Below, one piece after another: positions 9,111-20,481 of a DNA stretch of 64,000 bases (the stretch's first letter is position 1; the number at the start of each line of letters is the position of its first letter). The translations under genes were made by a program, and so were the position numbers. Below the pieces are notes generated by a model. That model had not been told where the DNA came from and ran no database searches. It was given only the letters and a program-made list of their open reading frames with translations. The stretch spans positions 6,417-70,416 of the forward strand of contig JAITQO010000007.1 in assembly GCA_031288835.1 (NCBI GenBank), in the 5' to 3' direction. The stretch comes from Rickettsiales bacterium (GTDB taxonomy: Bacteria; Pseudomonadota; Alphaproteobacteria; Rs-D84).

Positions 9111-10424
9111 ATGAAAAAACTTCTTGCCATTTGTCTCTTGCCGCTTGTCTCCTTCGCGGCTGCGGCGGAATTAAAGGTCGATATAGTCGCCGGAAACGCC
9201 GAGCCGGTTCCAATCGCGATTGCGAAGTTCGACGCCCTGCCCGCGAATGAAAAAATCTCGGAAGAAATTCGCGGAATCGTGGAAAACGACCTGAAGACGA
9301 GCGGCCTGTTTCACATCGTCGCAACGACCGCGCACCCGGAGAAGTTAAAATTCGACGTCATGCCGAAGTTCGCGAGCTGGGAGGCGGTCAAGGCAAGCGT
9401 CCTGATACAATCGAAGCTGACCAAGACGAAGGACAAAAAACTCCGCCTGCAATTCTACGTCTGGGACATATCGGGAAAGGAGCAGATAGAGGCGCAGTCA
9501 TTGGTCACGTCCGCCGGGCAGGCGCGGCGCCTGGCGCACATAATGGCGGACGCGATTTATTCGCGACTGACCGGCGAGGGAGGGTATTTCGATTCTCAGA
9601 TTGTCCTGACCGCCGAAACCGGCGGATACATGAATCCGAAAAAGCGGCTTGCGATTATGGATTCCGACGGCGCCAATTTCAGATATGTTTCGGACGAGAA
9701 GACGTATGTCCTGAACCCGCATTTCTCGCCGAACATGCACGCGCTGGTTTTTCTGTCATACCGCGGGGGCGAGCCGAATGTCTGGACGCTCGACATGAAC
9801 GACGGAACGCAGAAGAAACTCGGAAACTTCAACGGCATGAACTTTGCGCCGCGATGGTCTCCGGACGGAAGAAAGATAGCGTTCTCGCTGGTCGACGGGC
9901 GCGGCGCGTCCAATATCCACGAATACGAAATCGAAACGAAGAAACTGCGAAGATTGACGAACACGGACGGAATCAACACGTCGCCGTCATATTCTCCGGA
10001 CGGCAAAATCCTCGCGTATAACTCCAATTCCTCGGGCTCGCAGCAGCTGCACGCCATGGATTTGGCGACGCTGAAGTCGCGGAGAATTTCATACGGCGAC
10101 GGGCGCTACGCAACGCCGGCCTTTTCGCCGGATGGAAAATATCTGGCGTTCACAAAAATCGCGGACGACACGTTTTTCATCGGCGTGATGTCGCCGAATG
10201 GAAAGAACGAGCGAATCCTAGCCGGCGGATGGTATATGGAATCGCCGTCGTGGGCGCCGAACAGCCGCAGGCTGGTTTATTACGAGACCGAGAAAATCAA
10301 CGACGGCGAAGAGAGGCAGAGCTCGATTCGAAGCGTCGATATTCTGGGGCACTTCAATCATGAAATACGCCTGCCCGACGGCGTGAACGGAATGGACCCG
10401 ACTTGGTCTCCGCTGCTGCCATGA
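9111..10424 (+). CDS. tolB: Tol-Pal system periplasmic beta-propeller protein TolB
   Basis: Signal peptide MKKLLAICLLPLVSFAAA. TolB N-domain (VPIAIAKF...DLKTSGLF). Repeated SPDG/SPNG propeller blades (WSPDGRKIAF, YSPDGKILAY, FSPDGKYLAF, WAPNSRRLVY). Confidence 0.9.
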   Translation: MKKLLAICLLPLVSFAAAAELKVDIVAGNAEPVPIAIAKFDALPANEKISEEIRGIVENDLKTSGLFHIVATTAHPEKLKFDVMPKFASWEAVKASVLIQSKLTKTKDKKLRLQFYVWDISGKEQIEAQSLVTSAGQARRLAHIMADAIYSRLTGEGGYFDSQIVLTAETGGYMNPKKRLAIMDSDGANFRYVSDEKTYVLNPHFSPNMHALVFLSYRGGEPNVWTLDMNDGTQKKLGNFNGMNFAPRWSPDGRKIAFSLVDGRGASNIHEYEIETKKLRRLTNTDGINTSPSYSPDGKILAYNSNSSGSQQLHAMDLATLKSRRISYGDGRYATPAFSPDGKYLAFTKIADDTFFIGVMSPNGKNERILAGGWYMESPSWAPNSRRLVYYETEKINDGEERQSSIRSVDILGHFNHEIRLPDGVNGMDPTWSPLLP

Positions 10425-10849
10425 GATTCCCGGCGATTCTATTATGCCTGTTTTGCCCCGCGGCGAACGCGGGAGGCGACTTGCGGGCGACGGCCGGATA
10501 CGTGCTCGACGGCGACACGTTCTCCGCGAAGATTCATTTGGAAAACGGCGCGGTATTTGCGCGCGTCAGAATAGCGAACATCGACGCGCCGGAACTTAGC
10601 GGCGAATGTGGAGAGGAAAAGGAGCTGGCCAATCAGGCGAGACATCGCCTGTCCGCGCTGCTGCCGGAGGGGACGGCTGTTTATCTGTCCAAAATCAAAG
10701 ACGACAAATATCTTGGGCGGATTGACGCGCTGGTTTCTCTTGATGGAAAAGACATCGGCGAAATTATGATTGCGGAAAAACTTGCGCGCAGGTATAATGG
10801 CGGCAGGCGGGCGCCGTGGTGCCCGCAGAACGAAGAGGAGAAAAAATGA
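10421..10849 (+). CDS. Secreted thermonuclease (staphylococcal-nuclease-like, SNase fold)
   Basis: ATGA overlap with the tolB stop. Signal peptide MRFPAILLCLFCPAANA. SNase pattern: VLDGDTF...VRIANIDAPE...YLGRIDA. Confidence 0.7.
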   Translation: MRFPAILLCLFCPAANAGGDLRATAGYVLDGDTFSAKIHLENGAVFARVRIANIDAPELSGECGEEKELANQARHRLSALLPEGTAVYLSKIKDDKYLGRIDALVSLDGKDIGEIMIAEKLARRYNGGRRAPWCPQNEEEKK

Positions 10850-11445
10850 CAGGTTCCTTAAACAGTTTTCCAATCTATGCCGTCGTTTTGTATCTGATTC
10901 CCATATTGGGCGGATATCTATTGGGTTCCGTTCCGTTCGGGCTGATTCTGACAAAAATCGCGGGGCTCGGCGACATTCGCAAAATCGGCAGCGGAAACAT
11001 CGGCGCGACGAACGTCCTGCGGGCGGGGGGCATAAAATTGGCCGTTTCGGTTTTTCTGCTGGACGCGGCGAAGGCCGCGGTTGCATTCTTTTTGTTCGGC
11101 GTTTGGGGCGGCCTCGCCGCGATAATCGGACACAACTATCCGGTTTGGCTGAAGTTCAAGGGCGGCAAAGGCGTTTCGTCGTCGGGCGGCTTCCTGCTGG
11201 TTCTGTCGCCGATTGCGTTCGCGACATGCTTTGCAATCTGGCTGGTCGTCGCGCTGGCGTTCGGATATTCGTCCCTGGGCGCAATCGTCGCCATGCTGTT
11301 CGCGCCGATATTGGGATTCGCAATCGGGTTCGAAGAAGGACTGGCGCTGCTGGCGGTGTCGCTGCTCGGACTCTGGCGGCACAGGGGAAACATACAGCGG
11401 CTGCTTGCCGGCGCGGAATCGAAAATCAAGTGGCGCAGGCAATGA
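10846..11445 (+). CDS. plsY: Glycerol-3-phosphate acyltransferase PlsY
   Basis: GYLLGSVPFGLILTK...GSGNIGATNVLR...HNYPVWLKFKGGKGV. Multi-TM. ATGA overlap with the preceding stop. Confidence 0.9.
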   Translation: MTGSLNSFPIYAVVLYLIPILGGYLLGSVPFGLILTKIAGLGDIRKIGSGNIGATNVLRAGGIKLAVSVFLLDAAKAAVAFFLFGVWGGLAAIIGHNYPVWLKFKGGKGVSSSGGFLLVLSPIAFATCFAIWLVVALAFGYSSLGAIVAMLFAPILGFAIGFEEGLALLAVSLLGLWRHRGNIQRLLAGAESKIKWRRQ

Positions 11446-12455
11446 ACGACGAATTGTTCTACAAGCTGCTGGTGTTTCGAACCAAGGGAATAGGCGCGGT
11501 CAAATATCACGAACTTATAAGAGATTGCGGAGGCGCGGAGGCGGCGGTTGAATCGCTGCAAGTTTCCGGGGAGCTGATGGACAAAGTGCGGCGCGAGATG
11601 GAGCTCGCCGAATCCATGGGCATCGCGTACGTCGCCGACGATTCGCCCGAGTTTCCGGAGGTCTATAAAAAAGCCCGCAACCATTCGCCGATATTGTCGG
11701 TTCGCGGAAACATGAAAACACTGCGGAAGAAAACCGCCGGCATGGTCGGAACGCGGCACGCAACGGCCGCGGGAATAAAGTTCATGTCCGAATTGGCGCG
11801 AGAATTCGCAAGGCATGACTTCGCCGTCGTGTCGGGAATGGCGATTGGAACGGACGGAGCGGCGCACGAAGGAGCCCTGTCGGCCGCCGGCGGCGCGCAG
11901 ACAATCGCGGTTTTGGCGGGCGGCGCCGATTACATATGGCCGCCGGAAAACGAATCGCTTTATTGGCGGATGGTCGAGCGAGGATGCGTCGTATCCGACA
12001 TGGGCGTCGGATTCATTCCGGTCGCGAACAACTTCATCGCGCGAAACCGGGTGGTCGCCGGATTGTCCGAACTCTTGATTCTAGGCGAGGCGGACGAGAA
12101 ATCCGGCAGCGTAGCGACCGCGAAAATGGCGCTTGAAATCGGGCGGGAGCTCTGGGCGATTCCGTCGCATCCGTCCGACGAGCGAAGCCAGGGGCCGAAT
12201 CGGTTCATAAAAGAAGGCCTCGCGAAACTATGCTCGGGCGCGGACGACTTCTTCCATGATGCATCGGGCGCGGGAAAAAATAAAAAAAATCTTCCAGATT
12301 CGGCGCTCGCGGATTTCATCGGAAGCGTTCCTGTTTCCGAAAGTGTATTGACATCACTTGTCAAAAAAAATATATCGGAAATCATGTCCGAATTGGTGTC
12401 GCTGGAACTCTCTGGACTTATTAAAAAAGTCAACGGGGGATACGTCCGTGTATAG
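11442..12455 (+). CDS. dprA: DNA-processing protein DprA (Smf)
   Basis: MVGTRHATAAGIKFMSELAREFARHDFAVVSGMAIGTDGAAHEGAL...IARNRVVAGL. Start overlaps the plsY stop. The 224 upstream codons of the ORF-track entry overlap plsY and are spurious. Confidence 0.9.
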   Translation: MNDELFYKLLVFRTKGIGAVKYHELIRDCGGAEAAVESLQVSGELMDKVRREMELAESMGIAYVADDSPEFPEVYKKARNHSPILSVRGNMKTLRKKTAGMVGTRHATAAGIKFMSELAREFARHDFAVVSGMAIGTDGAAHEGALSAAGGAQTIAVLAGGADYIWPPENESLYWRMVERGCVVSDMGVGFIPVANNFIARNRVVAGLSELLILGEADEKSGSVATAKMALEIGRELWAIPSHPSDERSQGPNRFIKEGLAKLCSGADDFFHDASGAGKNKKNLPDSALADFIGSVPVSESVLTSLVKKNISEIMSELVSLELSGLIKKVNGGYVRV

Positions 12456-12619
12456 ACACGCGTCTGTCTATACACAGCGGAAATCCGCATAAAAATCGAT
12501 AAAAACCGATTCGGATGGCAAATGAATTTTATTAAAAAATTTTTCCCTTCGAAAACTTGAAAACGGATTTTTTTCGTTTAGATTCTTGTGCATAAGGTTG
12601 GAAAAAAAAGGAGGCATGC

Positions 12620-13861
12620 ATGATGGCGCTGGCGCTTCAAAAAGACGCGATGAATGTAAAAAATGTCATCAAATCGAAAATGGATTGCGGCGCGTACGAT
12701 GCATGGATAGAACCTCTGGCGGTTTCAGAAGAAAACGGCAAAATAATCCTGACGGCCTCCAGCCGATTCAACGCGGACTTCATCCGGAAGGCATTCGGAA
12801 ATATTTTGCTCGACGTCGAGGCGGAAAACAACGTCGCGATAAAACTGGACTTCCGGCGGCCGAACCTCAAACTGATTGAAAACCCGGCGAACGACAATAA
12901 AAAGGGCGCCGTGGCCGCGGAATCGAACTTCGACGGCTTCATCTGCTCGAACGCGAACCAGTTCGCGTTGTCCGCAGTGAAAAAATGCGCGGCTGGGACG
13001 GCGACGTTCTCGCCGCTCGTGATTTACGGCCCGACCGGCTCGGGAAAATCATTGCTGCTGGAACTGCTGAAACAAAACGCGCGAATGAAGGTCGTTTCGA
13101 CGACCGGCGCGCGGTTTGTTTCCGATTTCGTCCGCGGAATGAAAGACGGCGGCGTTTTCGCGTGGAAAGACGCGCTCCGCGGATGCGACATGCTCGTTAT
13201 GGACGACGTGCAAGGTCTGGCCGGAAAGCGCGCGTCCGCGGACGAATTCTTGTCGCTGCTGGACGATTTGATTCGCATGAAAAAAACCGTGGTTCTGACG
13301 TCGAACATCGCGCCGTCGCAAATCGCCGGATTCGACAGGCGGCTGGCGTCGCTGATGGCGTCGGGGCTGTCCGTAGACCTGGCGGCGCCGGACGAGGAAT
13401 CGCGCGAAAAGTTCATGATTAAATCCGGAGTCTGCGAGCAGGCCGCGAAGGCAATCGCCGCGCGGACGCCCGCGAACGGGCACATCCTGGCCGGCATTTG
13501 CAAGAAAATCGCCGCATGGAAGGAGCTGGACTGCGGAGACCTGTCCGAATCGGTGCTGGAAAAACTGCTGGGCAACGTTTTGGAAAAACAAAAGACGCCC
13601 CTCTGCGTCGTAAAAAACATGTGCGCGAAACTCGGCGTCGCATTTGACGACGTCGCGTCCGCGACGAGGACGCGCGCAATTGTGTTCGCGCGCCAAAAAA
13701 TAATGTGCGCGCTCAAAACATCGACGAATCTGACCCTATCGGAAATAGGGAGGCTTGTCGGGCGCGACCACGCGTCCGTGCTGTATGCAATCGCGCAGAT
13801 TGAGAAAGCGAAGCAGACGGACATGCTGTTAGAATCGGAAATCGCGGAATTGGCGAAATAA
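12620..13861 (+). CDS. dnaA: Chromosomal replication initiator DnaA (compact, 413 aa)
   Basis: AAA+ core: NQFALSA...LVIYGPTGSGKSLLLE...LVMDDVQGLAGKRASADEF...TSNIAPSQI. C-terminal DNA-binding HTH: VFARQKIMCALKTSTNLTLSEIGRLVGRDHASVLYA. AGGAGG lies just upstream. Confidence 0.85.
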   Translation: MMALALQKDAMNVKNVIKSKMDCGAYDAWIEPLAVSEENGKIILTASSRFNADFIRKAFGNILLDVEAENNVAIKLDFRRPNLKLIENPANDNKKGAVAAESNFDGFICSNANQFALSAVKKCAAGTATFSPLVIYGPTGSGKSLLLELLKQNARMKVVSTTGARFVSDFVRGMKDGGVFAWKDALRGCDMLVMDDVQGLAGKRASADEFLSLLDDLIRMKKTVVLTSNIAPSQIAGFDRRLASLMASGLSVDLAAPDEESREKFMIKSGVCEQAAKAIAARTPANGHILAGICKKIAAWKELDCGDLSESVLEKLLGNVLEKQKTPLCVVKNMCAKLGVAFDDVASATRTRAIVFARQKIMCALKTSTNLTLSEIGRLVGRDHASVLYAIAQIEKAKQTDMLLESEIAELAK

Positions 13862-13973
13862 TTCTCCAGCCAAACCCCGCCGGATGGAAAAGTCGCAAAA
13901 AAATCAATGAAAAATTACCGCGAACCCATCCCCGATTCCCGCCATCCGGCGCGGAACCGGACAAAAACAAAAA

Positions 13974-14639
13974 TCACCACTCTATCGGTTCCTTGCCGTT
14001 GGCGGCGAGATAGTCATTCGCCTTGGAAAAGTGGTGGTTGCCGAAAAATCCGCGCTCGGCAGACAACGGCGACGGATGGACCGATTTCAGAATCAGGTTG
14101 TCGTCCGGATTCACGAACATCGCCTTTTTCTGCGCGTAACTTCCCCATAGGATATACGCGATGTTTTTGCGTGTTCTCGACAGCACGTCAATCACGGAGT
14201 CCGTGAACTGCTCCCACCCCTTGCCGGCATGCGACGCCGCAACGTGAGCCTGAACCGTCAGCGTGCTGTTCAGAAGCAAAACGCCCTGCCTTGCCCAATC
14301 CGTCAAATCGCCGTTGGTTTTCGACCTGCGTCCCAAATCGTTTTCTATTTCTTTGTAAATATTCAGCAAGGACGGAGGCGGCGTTGTCGGCGACTGGACG
14401 GAAAAACAAAGGCCGTGCGCCTGCCCCGGCTCGTGATACGGGTCCTGGCCGATAATCACGACCTTCACCGCGTCCAGCGGGCACAAATCGAAGGCCGCGA
14501 AAATATTCTTCGCCGCGGGATAGACTCGCTTGCCCGACACATACTCCCCGCGGACAAAATCGGTAAGGGCGACAAAATATGGCTTGTCGAACTCTCGCGC
14601 CAGCGCGTTTTTCCAAGATTCCCCGATTTTCACATTCAT
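13974..14639 (-). CDS. ung: Uracil-DNA glycosylase (family 1)
   Basis: VVIIGQDPYHEPGQAHGLCFSV...LLLNSTLTV...HPSPLSA motifs. Confidence 0.9.
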   Translation of the reverse strand: MNVKIGESWKNALAREFDKPYFVALTDFVRGEYVSGKRVYPAAKNIFAAFDLCPLDAVKVVIIGQDPYHEPGQAHGLCFSVQSPTTPPPSLLNIYKEIENDLGRRSKTNGDLTDWARQGVLLLNSTLTVQAHVAASHAGKGWEQFTDSVIDVLSRTRKNIAYILWGSYAQKKAMFVNPDDNLILKSVHPSPLSAERGFFGNHHFSKANDYLAANGKEPIEW

Positions 14640-15092
14640 TTCCGTCTCCTTAATTCATCTCTGATTCCCATCAATATAACGCCGAGGTTGTTCTGTCCGA
14701 TTCCGTCGCAGACGCCCCAGAATACATCACCCAGGTCGTTTCCCTCCACCAATTTTTGTCTTCCCGTACCCAGCAGCATGTTTCCCAGTTCCATACTGTT
14801 AAAAAATTTCTGACGGACCAAATCGGTCATCACGTCAATCTTTACGTCGTCCCAATCGCCCCTTATCTTCAATCCGCCGTCCTGCGCGAACTTTTTTGAT
14901 TGAAACGGCGTCCAATGAACGAACCGAGCCATGTCGGCCGGCTCGATTGCCTTCGCCGCATGCAACGCAATCAAATGCCAATCCGTCGTATGACACGGAA
15001 ACCGAGATTGGATATTTGTCCCCTTTCACATTCTTATATGGATAAAAATTTGACAAAAACCTCGTTTCGGGTTTTGTAAATGTTTCTATCAT
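14636..15092 (-). pseudogene. Second NADAR (YbiA/DUF1768) family gene, split by a frameshift
   Basis: The N-terminal part (ORF 14835-15092) reads MIETFTKPETRFLSNFYPY...SYDGLAFD. The C-terminal part (ORF 14636-14974, other frame) reads ALHAAKAIEPADMARF...GDVFWGVCDGIGQNNLGVILMGIRDE. The frames meet near 14968-14972, outside any homopolymer. Confidence 0.65.
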
Positions 15093-15093
15093 C

Positions 15094-18190
<3,097 letters not shown>

Positions 18191-18224
18191 TACCGGCTCC
18201 ATCACGAACAAAAAGGATAAAATT

Positions 18225-18626
18225 ATGAACAAATTGCCGCCAATTATCGAGAAAGTCGGATTTCCGTTCAACTGGGAGGAAAAAGAAGTATGGGAACTGG
18301 ATATCCCCGTCGAACAAATGGATATAAATGAACTGGTATGGCATTTCGACATTCCGTTCTGGCAAACGGACGGCGGCAGATATGACCTGAAGCCATCGGA
18401 AGTCTTAAACAATCCTGACAAGTATCAACATCACAAAGAAAGAATCGAAAAATCTGACATTTCATATCCGTTGGATATTCTAAACAATCCTAAAACAGGA
18501 CGCTGGACTTTGCTGGACGGACTGCATCGTCTGGCCAGATTATATTTGCTTGGCAAAACCAACGTCAGCGTCAGGAAAGTATCTGTGGAGGATATTAAGA
18601 AAACTCCCAGTTACAAGGAATTATAA
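18225..18626 (+). CDS. ParB/sulfiredoxin-fold (ParB-like nuclease domain) protein
   Basis: ATG at 18225 after AAAAGGA. 133 aa. ...ISYPLDILNNPKTGRWTLLDGLHRLARLYLLG contains the ParB N-domain DGxHR box. Very AT-rich. Confidence 0.5.
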   Translation: MNKLPPIIEKVGFPFNWEEKEVWELDIPVEQMDINELVWHFDIPFWQTDGGRYDLKPSEVLNNPDKYQHHKERIEKSDISYPLDILNNPKTGRWTLLDGLHRLARLYLLGKTNVSVRKVSVEDIKKTPSYKEL

Positions 18627-18646
18627 AACTCTCATGGGAATATAAA

Positions 18647-19309
18647 ATGAAACTGGGCGCAGAGCAATTTTTCGATTTGGAGCGCAGGCTGATTGGCGGC
18701 GGGCACGACGCGGACCTGGATTCGTTCGCCACAATCCGCGAGAGGCTGAAAACCGGAACGCGTTTCGACGCGGACGAGTTCGCGCGGCAGGCGGCGTATG
18801 TCGTCCTTGCCGGCGGATTCTCGCAAAAGACGGCGAAAAAAATCCACGCGGGGATTATGGATGCTCTGCGCGCGGGAGGAACGGCGGACGATTTGCTGAA
18901 ACTTTTCAACAACAAAAATAAAATCAACGCGATAGCGAAGTTATGGGAAAATCGCGCGCGATATCGCGACGGATACTACGAATTGGCGGGCGCGCCGCTG
19001 GATGAGAAGTTGAAATATTTATCGTCGCTGCCCCATATCGGGAAAATCACGGCGAATCACCTGGCCAGAAACCTCGGCGAGAATATCGTCAAATACGATA
19101 TTTGGATTCAACGTCTTGCGGCCGCCGGAACGGAAGACGGGCCGCTGATTGACAACGGCAACTTGCGCCCGGAAGTCAAAAAGCGATGCGACGAGATGTT
19201 TGCGGAACTTGAAAGCGCAACCGGGCTGCCCCGCGGATACATCGACGTGGTGCTGTGGAAATCATGCCAGGTCGGATTGCTGGAACTCGCCGGCGCCCGC
19301 AGCATTTAA
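18647..19309 (+). CDS. Helix-hairpin-helix DNA glycosylase, Ogg2/AGOG-like (putative 8-oxoguanine glycosylase/lyase)
   Basis: 220 aa. LSSLPHIGKITANHLARNLGENIVKYDIWIQRL resembles the HhH-GPD/Ogg2 active-site region (G-x-G-x-K-x-A-x-H-x-L-R-N-x-G ... D). It starts 20 nt after the previous gene. Confidence 0.45.
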   Translation: MKLGAEQFFDLERRLIGGGHDADLDSFATIRERLKTGTRFDADEFARQAAYVVLAGGFSQKTAKKIHAGIMDALRAGGTADDLLKLFNNKNKINAIAKLWENRARYRDGYYELAGAPLDEKLKYLSSLPHIGKITANHLARNLGENIVKYDIWIQRLAAAGTEDGPLIDNGNLRPEVKKRCDEMFAELESATGLPRGYIDVVLWKSCQVGLLELAGARSI

Positions 19310-19320
19310 CGATCGCCGCG

Positions 19321-20109
19321 TCACATATCGTAATTATCGCAAACGGCATACTTGAATCCGCCGGCATCCGTGCTAGGCGCCGGAATCGTCGTGCAGCCGG
19401 GAGCTTCAAAATATCCGGCCGGGCAGGAAGCATTGCCGTAGCCGTCAAACGCGACCGCGATCGTCGTAGAGCTATAGCAGCTTGGACTCTCGAGTTCGTC
19501 GACAAGTTCGGCCACTAACGAGCTATACTCGTAACCTCCCGTAATATTCTCGTTGTTATTGCACCGATAATAATTGTACATCGGATGGGGAGACTGATTA
19601 TCATAGACGCATTTGATTTTTTCGCAAACCATGCAGCCGTTATCGCAAACTACCTGGGACGGAACGTCAACGATGGTTTTGACGGATACTGCGGTGCTGT
19701 ACGCTGTGCATACGACCGGCTGATCGCTCTCCATAGTGAAAGTGCTGTTGAACGCTTTGGGGTCGATGCCATAATTCCTAAGAAAGCCTTGGATGGACAT
19801 CAAATCATTACGGCATCTATTATTCACGCCGCCGCGACTTGCAATATAATAATAACACATAGTCCCGTAATCATCGCAGGTACCATTATCAAAATCATCG
19901 CCATCGCACACATGAATCTGATTCTCATAATCACAAAAGTAAAAACAATATTCGGTATCGTAATCGCCTTGTATCAAGCCGAAATCATCGATAGGCCAGG
20001 AATAGGGAGGGGCGACCCGATGGGCGGGCGCGCACACCTGTTCGGCCACCGCCGCGGCCGGCGGCGTGGAAATGGCAAAAAGCAACATCGCAATAATAAA
20101 TGACCTCAT
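19321..20109 (-). CDS. Secreted cysteine-rich protein (262 aa, 17 Cys), unknown family
   Basis: Sec-type signal peptide MRSFIIAMLLFAISTPPAAAVA. The mature part is rich in C, D, N and Y (CFYFCDYENQIHVCDGDDFDNGTCDDYGTMCYYY...). GGGAGAA lies 5 nt before the ATG. It is the last gene of the pilus-like cluster. Confidence 0.7.
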   Translation of the reverse strand: MRSFIIAMLLFAISTPPAAAVAEQVCAPAHRVAPPYSWPIDDFGLIQGDYDTEYCFYFCDYENQIHVCDGDDFDNGTCDDYGTMCYYYIASRGGVNNRCRNDLMSIQGFLRNYGIDPKAFNSTFTMESDQPVVCTAYSTAVSVKTIVDVPSQVVCDNGCMVCEKIKCVYDNQSPHPMYNYYRCNNNENITGGYEYSSLVAELVDELESPSCYSSTTIAVAFDGYGNASCPAGYFEAPGCTTIPAPSTDAGGFKYAVCDNYDM

Positions 20110-20481
20110 TTGGTTCTCCCTTGCAATATTTGCGCGGCACGGCCGATAAAAACCGGCGCGCGATTTAAAAACCGCCAGATGATGGCGGTCAGGGAGTTAA
20201 GAAAATCACAGCATATCATGATCCCGGCGGTCTTCGGGCGAACCCTGTTTTATAACCGGCGGCTCCCCGACCTTGTCAGGGCGGATGAAAAACGACATTC
20301 TTGCACCGTATTCATCCGAAGGATCAGATGCGGAGCGCCCGCACCGATATGCTGATGGATTTCTTACGTCCATGAAAGCCACATCCCTGTGGATTCATCC
20401 CTGATATTAATCATTTAAACAACCTAAAACAAGTGAAAATTTCAAGCGAATTCCACGTCCACAAGGGGAATCAGCCGCGCT
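20110..20481 (-). promoter_or_regulatory. 372 bp ORF-free structured spacer (candidate leader or attenuator, or an sRNA)
   Basis: No ORF of 60 aa or more on either strand looks coding. On the minus strand there is a promoter-like TTGTTT-N17-TAATAT (about 20432-20404). Several hairpins follow, two of them mutually exclusive, and then an intrinsic terminator. Confidence 0.3.
20166..20189 (-). terminator. Rho-independent terminator-like hairpin about 60 nt upstream of the Cys-rich gene start
   Basis: Minus strand reads ACCGCCA-TCATC-TGGCGGT followed by TTTTTAA (7 bp stem, 5 nt loop, U-run). Confidence 0.5.

Noticed and set aside
10770-11441. A 224-codon N-terminal extension of the dprA ORF, and the similar extensions at 4215-4328 (aspS), 5876-6118 and 17485-18003 (gyrB)
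   Set aside because: These extensions overlap well-supported upstream genes or promoter regions, are arginine-rich, and precede internal starts that give canonical N-termini.
13878-13951. A perfect 10 bp inverted repeat (CGCCGGATGG / CCATCCGGCG) separated by 54 nt between the convergent dnaA and ung genes
   Set aside because: The loop is too large and there is no U-run, so it is not a confident terminator. I cannot tie it to a known element. I note it but do not call it.
20110-20481. The structured spacer as RNase P RNA, tmRNA, SRP RNA, or a cobalamin, c-di-GMP or guanidine riboswitch
   Set aside because: The size would fit RNase P, but it lacks the universal GGAAAGUCC and ACAGAA elements. 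There is no tRNA-like GGTTCGA-TCC end or tag ORF for tmRNA, no GGAAG...AGCAGCC SRP motif and no B12 box. It has only superficial resemblance to the GEMM and ykkC cores. I leave it as an unclassified candidate.
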